Positions 41,346 to 57,018 of a DNA stretch of 64,000 nt are shown one piece after another; within the stretch, counting starts at the first letter, position 1; each line of letters begins with the position of its first letter. The stretch comes from Octopus vulgaris (lineage: Eukaryota). Where the stretch lies: positions 44,764,001 through 44,828,000 of the forward strand of contig OX597832.1 in the NCBI GenBank assembly GCA_951406725.2, in the 5' to 3' direction. A program made the translations under genes and the position numbers. The notes below the pieces were generated by a model. That model saw only the letters and a list, made by a program, of their open reading frames with translations, had not been told where the DNA came from and made no database searches.

Positions 41346-41642
41346 CCCCTCTCTCTCTCTCACACACACACACACATGTATATATGCATATATACATTCG
41401 TTGCTTAATGTTACACGAACAAGTGTTCAATATATGTAAAATTAAGTTTATATACATATATACACATGTATATACATAAACACGAATCACTGGGGCCTTG
41501 TAAAAAACAGCTAGTACACTCAGTAAAGTGGTTGGCATTAGGAAGGGCATCCAGCCTTTGAAATCATGTCAAAGTGGACAGTACAGTTTGGAGCAGTTCT
41601 CATTGCCCAACCCATGCCAGCATGGAAAAGGGACGTTAAATG

Positions 41643-41688
<46 letters not shown>

Positions 41689-43055
41689 TCACACACACGT
41701 GTGTATAATCAGACAGACATATAGTTACGGAGACGTAAACACACCAACACCGGTTGCCAAGCGGTGGTGGTGAGACACATACACACACACAGAAATATAT
41801 GACGGGTTTTTTTCAGTTTCCGCCCCCACCAAATCTGTTCACAAGGCTTCGGTCAGGTCAACCCGAGGCTATAGTAGAAAACACTTGCCTAAGGTGTCAC
41901 GCAGTGAAACCGAACCCGGAACCAAGTGGCCGGGAAGCAACATCTGACCACACAGCTACGATCACACATACATGCATATACACCATATATACACACACGT
42001 ATATACATCAAATAGACGGTGGCGTGGATTGGGTGGATCTTTCCGGTTCAAATTCTTGCTCAGAGTTGCGGCCCTCCCCAGACGCATTTTCAGTTTTGAC
42101 TTGCCATCAACAACCGGATGCCCTTCCAACCGCCAACAACTCTATAGTGTCCTTCCTGCATTTCATCACGGGACCAGCGAGAGAGAGGTCGTGAAACCGT
42201 CATGTGTGTGTGTTTCTCTACGGATGGCTGGATATATGGACCAGACCATCAGATACTTGTTGTACATAAACGGTCATATATATATATATATAAATGTATA
42301 CATACATTATATATATACACACACAGAGAGATATGTGTCTACATACATATATATATATATATATAGCCACCAACATATATAGTTACATAGGAACTCTACA
42401 ACGAGACAGCATATTACTGGGCGGTACACATACCTTAAAAATTTTATTCTACTACACGTATATATCATTACATTTACACAAGAAACGTTTCACTATTTCC
42501 AGTAAAGTTCACTCTGCCCACCACATCGAAATGTCTGTTGGTTTTGCGCGTTAGGAATATTCTTTTAACCGCCCTACCCCTATGTGTGTATGTATGTATA
42601 TATATATATATATATATATATAGGGGTGGGGCAGATAAATGAGTACATATGTGCTTATACATACACAGGGAAAACCACATACACTACCATCTTGTTAATT
42701 TAAAAAAATAGGAAAAAAATTCTTCTTTTCAAAGAACGACTACAAGATGGAACGATGCCGGTTAGGAAGAACCGTTTCTGCCAGTGTAAGTGACGAAATC
42801 TCGACGAACGAACAATCGGTGGCCTAAATATGTCCTTTAAAAAGCAAGAAAAATCGTGAATTGTTATAGAAATAAAAAGAGAGAGAGAGAGAGAGAAAGC
42901 CATGTAAAGAAGGAAACGGACGGGTTGGTTTTAATGTCTAACCAACCTAGTGATGATGTTTTAAACATGAAGGAATGTTGCAAGTACTGACATGTCACAT
43001 ACCCCCACACAAATTATACATGTACAGGAGAGGAATGTCACGACGGAAACACCAT

Positions 43056-43089
<34 letters not shown>

Positions 43090-43276
43090 GTGTGTAGTTA
43101 GTATTCAGTCCAATTTACCCCGATTGCTATTTCGAAGCAAAATGTATGAAGAACAAGAAGCACTGTCCACTATTAACTGAATGGGACTCCTTCCTATCCA
43201 TGGACAAACGTAATAAAATGAAGGTTATAATGCAAATAAACGATGTATATTCTCTCTTTCGACCACACACCCACAT

Positions 43277-43307
<31 letters not shown>

Positions 43308-43580
43308 ATTAATTAAGGGTAGAAATTGATATTTATCAATTAAAACCAGTGGTCTAGCATATTAAAAAAAGAATCCGAAGATTAAAATATTTATATATAC
43401 CAATTAAGGACTGAACACGAAAAGTGGACAGTCAACATGCTAGATATAGACGTCAAATCGCCATTCTCCACAAAAGATTATGAGTTTGATTTGAGAACAT
43501 AATCTTTTGTGGAGAATTGGCGATTTGACGTCTATATCTAGCAATGTTGACTGTCCACTTTTCGTGTTCAGTCCTGAATT

Positions 43581-43590
<10 letters not shown>
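43308..43590. mobile_element. TA-microsatellite-embedded element with a near-perfect inverted repeat of about 90 bp
   Basis: About 43393-43482 pairs with about 43498-43590. A direct copy of the left arm is at about 44315-44480. Confidence 0.7.
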
Positions 43591-43635
<45 letters not shown>

Positions 43636-44094
43636 ATGTATGTATAATTTGGTGGCTTTAATTCAGACGTCTCTGTAGACGTCACCCACCACCTTTGGTT
43701 GTCTTGTAAAAAAGAAAAAATTATGTTTTAAATTAACTCTCGACACAACCACGATTTTTTTTCTTCTTCTTACTGAGAAATAATAATCCAAAACTAAATA
43801 AAAATCAAGCTGTCTACCACCGCAATGAGTTATTTATTTCATCAAACATCAATAAAATAATAAGCAAAATCCAAAAAAGAGAAAAGGAACAGATCTTGGA
43901 ATATCATTTTCTATGAATAAAAACCATCAAATCTTCCCACGAGATGCACTGGAGATATGTATATATACATACATTATACATACATGATCTAAGTTATAAT
44001 ATGGTGTATAAAAAAATGTAATATACAAATAAATATCTGTAAATAATAAACCATCCGATTTTCTGAGTACCTCATTTTTTCCTTTATACATACA

Positions 44095-44277
44095 TTATAT
44101 ATACACATATCTCAGAATATATAACTGAATGTATATATATATGAATGTATATATATACATATCTCAGAATATATATCTGAATGTATATATATATATGAAT
44201 GTATATATATACATATCTCGGAATATATATCTGAATGTATATATATATATGAACGTATATACATATATCTGAATGTG

Positions 44278-44300
<23 letters not shown>
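44095..44300. repeat. About 52-bp TA-rich minisatellite
   Basis: catatctcagaatatatatctgaatgtatatatatatgaatg repeated about 3.5 times. Confidence 0.8.
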
Positions 44301-44308
<8 letters not shown>

Positions 44309-44628
44309 TTAAAACTAATTAAGGGTAGAAATTGATATTAGTCAATTAAAACCCAGTGGTTTAGCATATTAAAAAGAATCCGAAGATTAAAATATTTTTT
44401 TACATACAAATTAAGGACTGAACACGAAAAGTGGACAGTCAACATGCTAGATATAGACGTCAAATCGCCATTCTCCACAAACTCTTTGTATATATGTATG
44501 TATGTATGTATGTATTTGAAGAAATGGGGGGGAGAGAGAGACCGATTATCATTGATGATGAAATTAAGGAAACATTTTTCTTAAATGGGTGTGTGTCCTC
44601 TTTTCTTGAGGTAGGGTGCTCTCCCTAC

Positions 44629-44661
<33 letters not shown>

Positions 44662-45119
44662 TATACATACATGTATATAAAACTAAATTGGTGTATTTGA
44701 AATTAGTGATGTTTCATTGTCCGGATTTATATAATTAATATCACTTTGGCAATTGATAAAATGAGTGGTGTTATAAAATGTAAGAAAGGAACATTCGATG
44801 TAGAAATGAAGATATTAATATATACATATATATATATATATATGTATATGAAGAGGCTGTATATAATCGATTCGGCTCTGACAGTTGAAATGTCATTTTG
44901 TTGTGTGTGAGGAAAAAGAAAAAAATGTAATTCCAAATAGAGAAGAAGAAGAAAGACACCCATTTATTTCATGGCCGAACCGAAGTTAATTTAGATTTTA
45001 GAAATGAAACAACACCCGACTTAACATAATATAAAACCATTGCCATGACAGGACACACGACACACACCCTCTTCACATTTAGGAATGAAATGGCAGTTTA
45101 AGGAAGGTAAATGGTTTAT

Positions 45120-46310
<1,191 letters not shown>

Positions 46311-46444
46311 TTTAAATTAAAATATCTTCCTTTCGTTAAATAATACCTAACGTAACCTGTCATATCGTTTTTGTTCCACTTCTTTTAATTTCTAGTGGCT
46401 TTTTTTTTTTTTTTTTCATTTCTTCTTCTTCTGATTCAAATGTG

Positions 46445-47285
46445 GTCGAATGGCTTGGCAGAAACGTTAGCACACCGGGCGAAATGCGTAGCCGTATTTC
46501 GTCTGTCGATACGTTCCGAGTTCAAATTCCGCCGAGGTCGACTTTGCCTTTCATCCTTTCGGGGTCGATTAATTAAGTACCATTTACGCAATGGGAGTCG
46601 ATGTAATCGACTTAATCCCTTTGCCTGTCCTTGTTTGTCCCCTCTGTGTGTAACCCCTTGTGGGTAGTAAAGAAATAAGAAACGTTAGCACGCCGGGCGA
46701 AATGCGTAGCCGTATTTCGTCTGTCGATACGTTCCGAGTTCAAATTCCGCCCAGGTCGATTTTGCCTTTCATCCATCCTTTCGGGGTCGATTAATTAAGT
46801 ACCAGTTACGTACTGTGGTCGATGTAATCGACTTAATCCCTTTGTCTGTCCTTGTTTGTCCCCTCTGTGTTTAGCCCCTCGTGGGTAGTAAAGAAATAGG
46901 TATTTCATCTGCCGTTACGTTCTGAGTTCAAATTTCGCCGTGGTCGACTTTGCCTTTCATCATTTCGGGGTCGATTAATTAAGTACCAGTTACGCACTGG
47001 AGTCGATGTAATCGACTTAATCCCTTTGTATGTCCTTGTTTGTCCCCTCTGTGTGTAGCCCCTTGTGGGTAGTAAAGAAATAAGAAACGTAGCCGTATTA
47101 ATGTCTGTCGATACGTTCCGAGTTCAAATTCCGCCCAGGTCGACTTTGCCTTTCATCCTTTCGGGGGTCGATAAATTAAGTACCAGTTACGCACTGGGGT
47201 CGATGTAATCGACTTAATCCCTTTGTCTGTCCTTGTTTGTCCCCTCTGTGTTTAGCCCCTCGTGGGTGGGTAGTAAAGAAATATA
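46445..47285 (+). mobile_element. Tandem array of about 4 SINE family B units (Meta-type core)
   Basis: tRNA-like head plus GTCGACTTTGCCTTTCATCCTTTCGGGGTCGAT..AAGTACC, resembling the MetaSINE central domain, repeated head-to-tail. Confidence 0.85.
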
Positions 47286-47587
47286 TTGTAAGGGAGAAGA
47301 TATTGTCACACAAACCAGCAAGCATATATATAATACTTAATTTATTAATCTCAGGAAAATTTTTTTAAATGGAAAATTGGTTAATTTGTCTTCATTCATC
47401 TGTCATTCTTTGAACTCAGAATATCTTCAGTTATGGCCACTGTCATATAAGCCTGTATTTATTGATTTATATAACATGAACACAATGCCACAGCAGGAGG
47501 GAACTGTGAATTGTATTGACTTGTTTATTCCCATACTGTCCTGCACATCGGTCTGTCCTTGGACGGTTTCAACCAGTTGCATATCAT

Positions 47588-47980
47588 TCTCTTTACTCTT
47601 TTACTTGTTTCAGTCATTTGACTGCGGCCATGCTGGAGCACCGCCTTTAATCGAGCAACTCGACCCCGGGACTTATTCTTTTTGTAAGCCCAGTACTTAT
47701 TCTATCGGTTCTCTTTTGCCGAACCGCTAAGTGACGGGGACGTAAACACACCAGCATCGGTTGTCAAGCAATGCTAGGGGGACAAACACAGACACACAAA
47801 CATATACACATACACACATATATACATATATACGACAGGCTTCTTTCAGTTTCCGTCTACCAAATCCACTCACAAGGCATTAGCAGAAGACACTTGCCCA
47901 TGATGCCACGCAGTGGGACTGAACTCGGAACCATGTGGTTGGTAAGCAAGCTACTTACCACACAGCCACGTCTGCGCCTA
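47588..47980 (-). mobile_element. SINE family A
   Basis: Match with an internal deletion. Confidence 0.88.
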
Positions 47981-48333
47981 TGTTTGTTTGTTTTTTTTCT
48001 ATGGGAACTCAGCCATTTCTCATTTCTGGAAGGTTTGTTGGGGCGAGGGGGTTACTCCATGAAACCTTCTTACTGCACAATGTAGCCCATTCAAAGAGAA
48101 AAGGAAGGGGAGAGAAGAAGAAGAAGAAGAAGAAGAAGAAGATGATGAAGTAGAAAAAAATGGAAGAAGAATTGACCCCAGTACTTGACTGGTACTTTAT
48201 TTATCATCCCTGGAAGGATAGATGGTAAAGCTGACTTCAGCCGTTCAGCAGGATTTGAACTTCGTGTGGAGAACTGAAATAAATACTATCCTCCTCCTCC
48301 TCCTCCTCCTCATTATCATCATCATCATCTTCG

Positions 48334-48365
<32 letters not shown>

Positions 48366-49762
48366 GTCGTTGTCGTCGTCCTCATCACCATCATCTTTTT
48401 AGTGTCCACTTTTCCATGCTAGCATGGGCTGGATGGAGTTTACAAGGGAAATTTTTCTCTGACTGGATGCCTTTCCTGTTGCTAACCATCGCCTGTTTCC
48501 AAGTAAAGTAATATTTTCCCATGGCGCAGACGTATTCTTGCAGAATGTAGGAAATGAATTACACTGCTTGTAAAACAGGGACATTCATTTACAACTGTCA
48601 CATGATATCGAGACAAGGAGATACAAACATACTCTCAAACATACATATACGAGTCATCATGATTATGATGATCATCATCATCATTTAATGTCTGTTTTCC
48701 ATGCTGAAATGGGTTGGGTGGTTTTACAGAAGCTGGTAAGGCTGAGGGCTGCACCAGGCTCCCATTGTCTGTTCTGGCATGGTTTCTATGGCTGGATGCC
48801 CTTCCTAATGCCAGCCACTTTGCAAAGTGTACTGGGTGCTTTTTATGTGACACCAGCACTGGTATCAATTCTACTGTGGTGGTCAGGTCTTCTTGAGAAC
48901 AGCAAGGTGCTAGACATCTTGCTCCTTTGTCAAGGTGCCAAACATCTTGGTATATGTGTGTGTGTATATGTATGTTAAATATCTACATGATGGGCTTCTT
49001 TCAGTCTCCATCTACCAAATCCTTTCATAATGGTTTGGTCAGCTCAGGGTTAAGTAGAAGACATTTTTTCAAGGCGCCATACAACGGGATTGAACCCAGG
49101 AAAAATGCAATTAAGAAGCAAACTTCTCAACCACCCACCCACTCTGAAAACAGAATCGTTACCTATTTCTATATTACCCACAAGGGGCTAAACATAGAGG
49201 GGACAAACAAGGACAGACATAGGTATTAAGTCGATTACATCGACCCCAGTGCGTAACTGGTACTTAATTTATTGACCCTGAAAGGATGAAAGGTAAAGAA
49301 TCATTACCGCGACCGATAAAGTACTTGGCAGCATTTCATTTGTTGTTACATTCTAAGTTAAAATTCCACTGAGGTTGACTTTGTCTTTCATCCTTTTGGG
49401 GGTCAATAGAATAAGTACCAGTTGAGCACAGGGGTCAATTTAATTGACTTACTCCCTCTCCCAAAATAACTGTCCTTGTGCCAAAATTTCCCTTGCCACA
49501 GACCTGTAAGAAAGAGGCTATTTTGAACCTGCCGCTTCTTGATGTGACATCATTTTCTTCCCCTGCCCCTTCCAGTCCCTTTCTGATGTCACAACCTCTC
49601 CCTTCCAGTCACACATCATTCCTCCACAATATATTAAGAAAAGAACCTACCGACTATATTTTTACAAATAGCCTTAGTCTCTACAAAATCTTGTGAGTGG
49701 GTTTCATAGGCAGAAGCTAAAAAAAGAAGCCTGTTATTTATGTATGTGTATGTGTGTTGTGG

Positions 49763-50512
49763 TGGAGGTGCGTGACTTAGCGGTTAGGGAGTCAGCACCA
49801 TGATCGTAAGATTGTGGTTTCGATTCCTGGACCGGGCGACGCGTTGTGTTCTTGAGCAAAACACTTCATTTCACGTTGCTCCAGTTCACTCAGCTGGCAA
49901 AGATGAGTAACGCTGCGTTGGACTGGCGTCCTGTCCAGCTGGGGAACACATACGCCATAGAAACCGAGAAACCAGGCCCATGAGCCTGGCTAGGCTTTAA
50001 AAGGGCGCAAGGAGGCGCATGGCTTAGTGGTTAGGGTGTCAGCACCATGATCATAAGATTGTGATTTCGATTCCTGGACCGGGTGACGCGTTGTGTTCTT
50101 GAGCAAAACACTTCATTTCACGTTGCTCCAGTCCACTCAGCTGGCAAAAATGTGTAACGTTGTGGTGGACTGGCATCCTGTCCAGCTGGGGAACACATAC
50201 GCCATAGAAACCGGGCCCACGAGCCTGGCTAGGCTTTAAAAGGGCTCATTTATTATTGTGGAGGCGCGTGGCTTAGTGGTTAGGGTGTCAGCACCATGAT
50301 CGTAAGATTGTGATTTCGATTCCTGGACCGGGTGACGCGTTGTGTTCTTGAGCAAAACACTTCATTTCACGTTGCTCCAGTTCACTCAGCTGGCAAAAGT
50401 GAGTAACGCTGCGATGGACTGGCGTCCCGTCCAGCTGGGGAACACATACGCCATGGAAACCGGAAAACTGGACCCATGAGCCTGGCTAGGCTTTAAAAAG
50501 GGTGCATTTATA
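49763..50512 (+). mobile_element. Three head-to-tail tRNA-derived SINEs, family D (V-domain-like)
   Basis: Each unit of about 250 bp starts GGAGGCGCGTGGCTTAGTGGTTAG, has a B box and contains GCGATGGACTGGCGTCCCGTCCAG. Relatives at 33413-33710 and 52527-52660. Confidence 0.85.
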
Positions 50513-50766
50513 TTTTATTTTATGTGTGTGGTGGAGTACCCTTGTCCTGATACCATGTGATGGTATGGTTTTAAACCAGCATCACAGTCCTACCACTGAT
50601 GTCATTCATTTCCAGTCTTCCATGAAAAATGTGTCCAGCTATGAAGAAATATTACCTTGCTTGGAAACAGGCACAGGTTGGCAGCAGGAAGAGCATCAAT
50701 CTGTAGGAATCTGCCTAAACAAGTTCTATCTGACTTATGCAAGCAAGGAAAAGTGGACATTAAATT

Positions 50767-51020
50767 GATGCTGAGGATGATGATGATGAGGATGACGATG
50801 ATGATGATGACGACGACGATGATGACGATGATGATGGTAGTGATGGTGATGATGATGATGATTATGATGATGATTATGATGATGATGATGATGATGATGA
50901 TGATTATGATGATGGTGATGATGACGATGACGATGATTATGATGATGATGATGATGATGATGACGACGACGACGATGATGACGACAATGACGACAATGAT
51001 GACGATGATGATGATGATGA
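50767..51020. repeat. Expanded imperfect (GAT)n tract, tail of a family-C-related SINE
   Basis: Follows ggaaaagtggacattaaa, the family C 3' end. Confidence 0.9.
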
Positions 51021-51986
51021 TATTAAGCTATTGCTTATATTTTTAAACTATACTTCAGAGTGACTGCATGAAGTTGCATTGATAAGGTACCAGGCATAAT
51101 CAGCATCAACATCATCACCAATACCATCATCATCATTATCATGATAATGATCATGATAAACCTCATCATCATCTTACATCAACTCGTCTATGCCGGCATG
51201 GGTTAGATGGAAACTTTTGAGGTAACATTTTACAGCTGTATACCTTTTCTGACGACAAACATTTTCATCACTTCTTAAGGCATGCAGAGATATAGAGTAC
51301 CTATTCTAAAAAAAACTATGTTCCAAGGCAAAATATAGCAATATATGAAATTCTCTATGTGGTCACCTGACCTGCTAGAAAAAGAAGCCAAATTTTCCCT
51401 CAAATTGCATTCCACCTTCCTAGAAAGAAAAAAATGAAGTCAAAATACTGGATCATGTAGTCCTAAATACGGTATGTCTGAAGAATAGATAGGTTAGTCA
51501 TGACCGAAATGCTTTGATCTAGGTCTAGTCAATCAGAATTTACCTGAGGCTAAACATCACCATCACCATCAACAACTGCAATAATGATGGTTTACCATTT
51601 CTCAGTTCCCGATAGATCAAATGAAGATCTGTATTAGTCTCTTGGTGCAGTCTGTCATTACAAAAGGCTAATCATTCTATTTTTAATACATTCCAAGACC
51701 ACCTTGATTGCTACAGATGCTATTTAGCTCTAGGTATCAATTTCTTTAGATGGTAAAATGTCAGCTTAAAATCAGAGGAATCGAAACAACAGCAGACCCC
51801 TAACTCTTTAAACTAATGAATAAATGAATAATAAATAAATATAGGTGCAGGTATGGCTGTGTGGTTAGAGACTTGCTTCCCAACCACATGGTTTCAGGTT
51901 CAGTCCAACTGCATGACAACTTGGACAAGTGTCTTGTGAGTGGATTTGGTTGATGGAAACTGAAAGAAACTTGTTGTATACAAACA

Positions 51987-52019
<33 letters not shown>

Positions 52020-52308
52020 TGAAAAGTGCATTTTGTGCACTAATTATGAAATCATATGATCTGCAGCTGAATCTGTTTTTAAAAGGTTCGCTTTGAGAGT
52101 TGCATTCCCTCGCGTTCAGTACAATGTGTTTATTATGGTAGTTTTGACTATAAGAGTCCCTCCTAGCATGAGGCATTTAAGTATAGAATGCCCTTAATAT
52201 AAATAAATATATTTTAAAAGGAATAATTAATAAATTTTTTTCCCTTATGAAGTTTTTCACGCTAACTACTTGATAATTTCTTATAAAAATTTTATCCTAT
52301 TTTTAAAT

Positions 52309-52344
<36 letters not shown>

Positions 52345-52481
52345 CGCACATACATATGCATGTCCTTGTGTCTGTGTTTGTCCCACACACATGCACACAA
52401 AGACACCACTTGACAATTAGTGTTGGTGTGTTTATGTCCATGTAACTTAGCGGTTTAACAAGAGAGACTGATATATATATA

Positions 52482-52526
<45 letters not shown>

Positions 52527-53189
52527 GGAGGTGCGTGGCTTAGTGGTTAGAGTATCACCATCATGATCGTAAGATTGTGGTTTCAATTCCTGGACCAGGC
52601 CACGCGTTGTGTTCTTGAGCAAAACACTTCCTTTCATGTTGCTCCAGTCCACTCAGCTAGCAAAGAAAACAAGAGAGAGTCATTCGGAGTTTTCTTTCCT
52701 CAGTCAAGTACCAGATTATCTTCGCAATTTTGGCTGATTATACTTAAGATTGCTCCAATATGGCCAGCCCCAAGGAAAAACTAAACTGAGAGCATTAGAT
52801 TCCTTGGAAGAAAGCAGCGAATGTAAACAAAAACAAGGGCGGAAAAAAAACAAACAAGGTTACACAAATACAATAAAAATAATAACAGGACATAACAACA
52901 GGTGTCTTTCAACTAAGGACAAATTAAATTAAGCTGGCGTGTGTGGAAATGAAGTGTTAAGGCAGGAACACAAGATTTCACAAACACGGAGGAATATCGA
53001 TGTTGTACGGACATCGGCCATATATGACAGGCTTAAACACAGTTTCCATCTGTCAAATTCACTCAGAAGGCTCTGGTCAGCCTGGTGATATGGTATAAAA
53101 CATTTACCCAAGATGTCACTGAACCTAAAAGCATGTCACTGCAAAGCAAGCTTCTTAACCACACAGCTATGCCTGTATCTGTGAGTTTA

Positions 53190-53578
53190 GTATAGGAGCA
53201 CTCCGTCGGTTACGACGATGAGGGTCCCAGCTGATACGATCAATGGAACAGCTTGCTCGTGGAATTATCGTGCAAGTGGCTGAGCACTCCACAGACACGT
53301 GTACCCTTAATGTAGTTCTCGAGGAGATTCAGCGTGACACAGAGAGTGACAAGTCTGGCCCTTTGAAATACAGGTACAACAGAAACAGGAAGTAAGAGTG
53401 AGAGAAAGTTGTGGTGAAAGAGTACAGCAGGGATCACCACCACCCTCTGCCGGAGCCTCGCGGAGCTTTTAGGTGTTTTCGCTCAATGAACACTCACAAT
53501 GCCTGGTCTGGGAATCGAAACCGCGATCCTCTGACCGCGAGTTCGCTGCCCTAACCACTGGGCCATTGCGCCTCCACA
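53190..53578 (-). mobile_element. tRNA-derived SINE family F
   Basis: Head GGAGGCGCAATGGCCCAGTGGTTAGGGCAGCG...GTTTCGATTCCC, shared with 33413-33480 but with a different body. Confidence 0.8.
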
Positions 53579-54639
53579 TCTGTGAGTTTAATGCATCAAA
53601 GAAGAGAAATAGATTGACAAGTCTATTAATTAGCATCTGCCAAAAACAAAGTAAGTTTGTCTATTTACCAATACTGATCGATCAATTATTGTAATTTGTT
53701 TATAATCCAGCACAGATGATCCTCCCTGTAAGCTTTTAGTGGTGTTCAAGAGTTTTTCATCCATGAAGGTCATTCAAACTGCTGAAGTTTTACCTGGTAA
53801 GAACGAAACTAACCTTTATTGTTCAGTGGAAATATTCCTTAATGTAGACAGGTCCCTTCACTAACAAACTGCCCATGTCTGTTATACAAACATGTGCCCT
53901 ATGTCTTCGTACATTAAATTCTTTATTCAAAACGAGGTAATTAATATAGCATTTTTTTTAGCATCTTTCACATATAATTTTCTCTTCCTGCTAGAATAAT
54001 TCTCAATGTCTTTTATGCTCTTTTATTTAGCAGATATTGTTGTAATTATTTTGTGTTCATTGTAAAGCGTAACGCGAAATTTTGAATCCGGTTAAAGTCT
54101 AATATTCTTTATTGAAAATGACATGATTTGTGAATGATGCAAAATTATATTATACTAATGACAGAAAAACGTCAGATCTCATTTTAAATAAAGAATTTAA
54201 ATTAAGTGGTTGTTTGTCTCCAATTATCGCATTAAACATCGTTTCACTGTCGGCTAAACAGGGATTTATTATGTGGCAGAAGAATTCCATTGCATTACAA
54301 ACATTAGTCTCATTTTTACTGCACAAAATTTCACCTATTTGAATAAACTTCCTCAATGTTAAAATATTGAAACATTATCTGAGAAAGGCAATTGAAGAGG
54401 TATTAAATTAAAATAGTCATCTATGTATCACACTCAATATATATACATCAAGTTACTCCTGTGTTTGTTCAGAGACAACATCTCTTATGGACATGCTGTG
54501 TTTAAAGACAGAATACATATCAGAGGAAAATGAAAAATCCTCCTAGCAGTGGATAGCAAATACACCAGATACATTTTGTTTAGGTGGGCCTTATGAATCG
54601 CATGTACTCACTGTCAGCTGTTTACTTAGATGGTATTCA

Positions 54640-55217
54640 AAACAGTGAATAAAAAAAAATTACTGATGTTGCAAATAAGCCACCTGGCAGAATAAAAATC
54701 CAGTATATGCAATCCAAGCACTGTCAGCTGTATACTTTGAAGAGGTTTGTCTCCTCTGGTATAGAAAACAGTGAATAAAAAAAATTACTGATGTTGCAAA
54801 TAAGCCACCTGGTAGAATAAAAATCCAGAATATGCAATCCAAGTACTGTCAGCTGTATACTTTGATGAGGTTTGTCTCCTCTGGTATAGAAAACAGTGAA
54901 TAAAAAAATTTACTGATGTTGCAAGTAAGCCACCTGGCAGAATAAAAATCCAGTATATGCAATCCAAGCACTGTCAGCTGTATACTTTGATGAGGTTTGT
55001 CTCCTCTGGTATAGAAAACAGTGAATAAAAAAATTTACTGATGTTGCAAGTAAGCCACCTGGCAGAATAAAAATCCAGTATATGCAATCCAAGCACTGTC
55101 AGCTGTATACTTTGATGAGGTTTGTCTCCTCTGGTATAGAAAACAGTGAATAAAAAAATTTACTGATGTTGCAAGTAAGCCACCTGGCAGAATAAAAATC
55201 CAGTATATGCAATCCAA
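54640..55217. repeat. 125-bp tandem repeat, about 4.6 copies
   Basis: Near-identical units; ORF-track hits recur at 54660, 54785, 54910 and 55035. Confidence 0.95.
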
Positions 55218-55574
55218 TCATTGTTTAATGTCCATTTTCCATGCTGGCATGTATTGGACAGTTTGACAGGAGCTGGCCAGCTCGAGAGCTCTCCAGGCTC
55301 CAATTATCTCTTTTGGCATGGTTTCTATGGTTGGATGCCCTTCCTAATGCCAACCACTTCACAGATGGTGCTGGGTACTTCTTATGTGCTACCAGCATGG
55401 GTGCTTTTGCATGGCATTGGCACAAGTGCATTCTACATGGCACCAGCATGAATGCATTTTATGTGGCACCAGCATCTGCAAACAGAAAAAAGACTCTCAG
55501 TTGGGAGAGGGAGTAGGGGGTACGGCAATAAAAGACATGCCTATATATATGAATGGCCACAATTTTACATAGCC

Positions 55575-55967
55575 CCATACTGAAGCAGTATCAAATTACA
55601 TCAATGGAAATTGTAGCTGTGATACCAGTGCCAATGGCACGTAAGAGAACCATCCGAATGTGGCTGTTGCCAGCGCCGTCCTGACTGGCCCCCGTGCTGG
55701 TGGCACGTAAAATGCACCATCCGATCATGGCCGTTTGCCAGCCTCGTCTGGCACCTGTGCAGGTGGCACGTAAAAAGCACCCACTACACTCACGGAGTGG
55801 TTGGCGTTAGGAAGGGCATCCAGCCGTAGAAACACTGCCAGAGCAGACTGGAGCCTGGCGCAGCCTTCTGGCTTCCCAGACCCTGGTCGAACCGTCCAAC
55901 CCATGCTAGCATGGAGAACGGACGTTAAACGACGACGACGATGATGATGATGATGATGATGATGATC
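55575..55967 (+). mobile_element. SINE family C
   Basis: Match to family C with a (GAC/GAT)n tail. Confidence 0.85.
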
Positions 55968-56397
55968 AAGGCAATTTACTGTAGAATCCATTCAGAGATA
56001 ACATCATTTATGGATGAGCTGTGTTTAAAAGCACAATATGTATTGGAGGAAGATAAAAAAAATAATCATCATCGTAGCAGCTGGTAGCAATGTTAAATTA
56101 ACAAAAACCTCTGTAAAATTATTCGAAACAGGCTGGCTTCTAACTATTCTTGAGAGAATCCGGTGATGACTGCTGATCTGAAAATTAAAGTCAATATAAG
56201 TATTTAATGGATATCTTTTCTTTTTCTCACACGATGAAAGAATTTTTTTTTTTATATTTTAAGTGCAAAAGGCCTGTTTTGGAACGGAAGGATGATGTCT
56301 TGACTCAAATTTAGCAACAATGACTAATACGTGTAGAGATTGAAAGAAGGTACAAAGGAGTGTCGTGACTAGACTGTTTTGATTGTTGAAGACTGTA

Positions 56398-56411
56398 TGC
56401 ACACACACACA

Positions 56412-56445
<34 letters not shown>

Positions 56446-56841
56446 TGCATGCACGCACATGTACAGACATACATGTGTGCACACACATATATGCACACAT
56501 ACATTCATACACACATGCATAAATACATTCATACACATATACATGCATATATACATACACACATTTATACATACATGCATACATACTTACAAACATATGT
56601 CCATATACATGTACATACATGTACGTACATGTGCTCACACAAGCATACACACTCACATACATACATGCATGAATACATACATACATACATACATACATAC
56701 ATGCATGAATACATACATACACACATACATACATACATGCATACATACATACATGCATACATATATACATACATACTCACATACATACATACATACATAC
56801 ATACATACATAAATACATACATACATATATGCATACATACA

Positions 56842-56875
<34 letters not shown>

Positions 56876-56985
56876 CATACATACATACATACATACATAC
56901 ATACATGCATGAATACATACATACATACATACACACATACATGCATACATACATACATGCATACATATATACATACATACATACA

Positions 56986-57018
<33 letters not shown>

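Noticed and set aside
49763-49835. tRNA-like sequences at SINE heads
   Set aside because: They continue into SINE bodies and lack a proper acceptor stem, so they are not tRNA genes.
50657-51046. Poly-Met ORF
   Set aside because: (GAT)n SINE-tail expansion.
54660-55217. Four near-identical 60-aa ORFs
   Set aside because: By-product of a 125-bp repeat whose period is not a multiple of 3.
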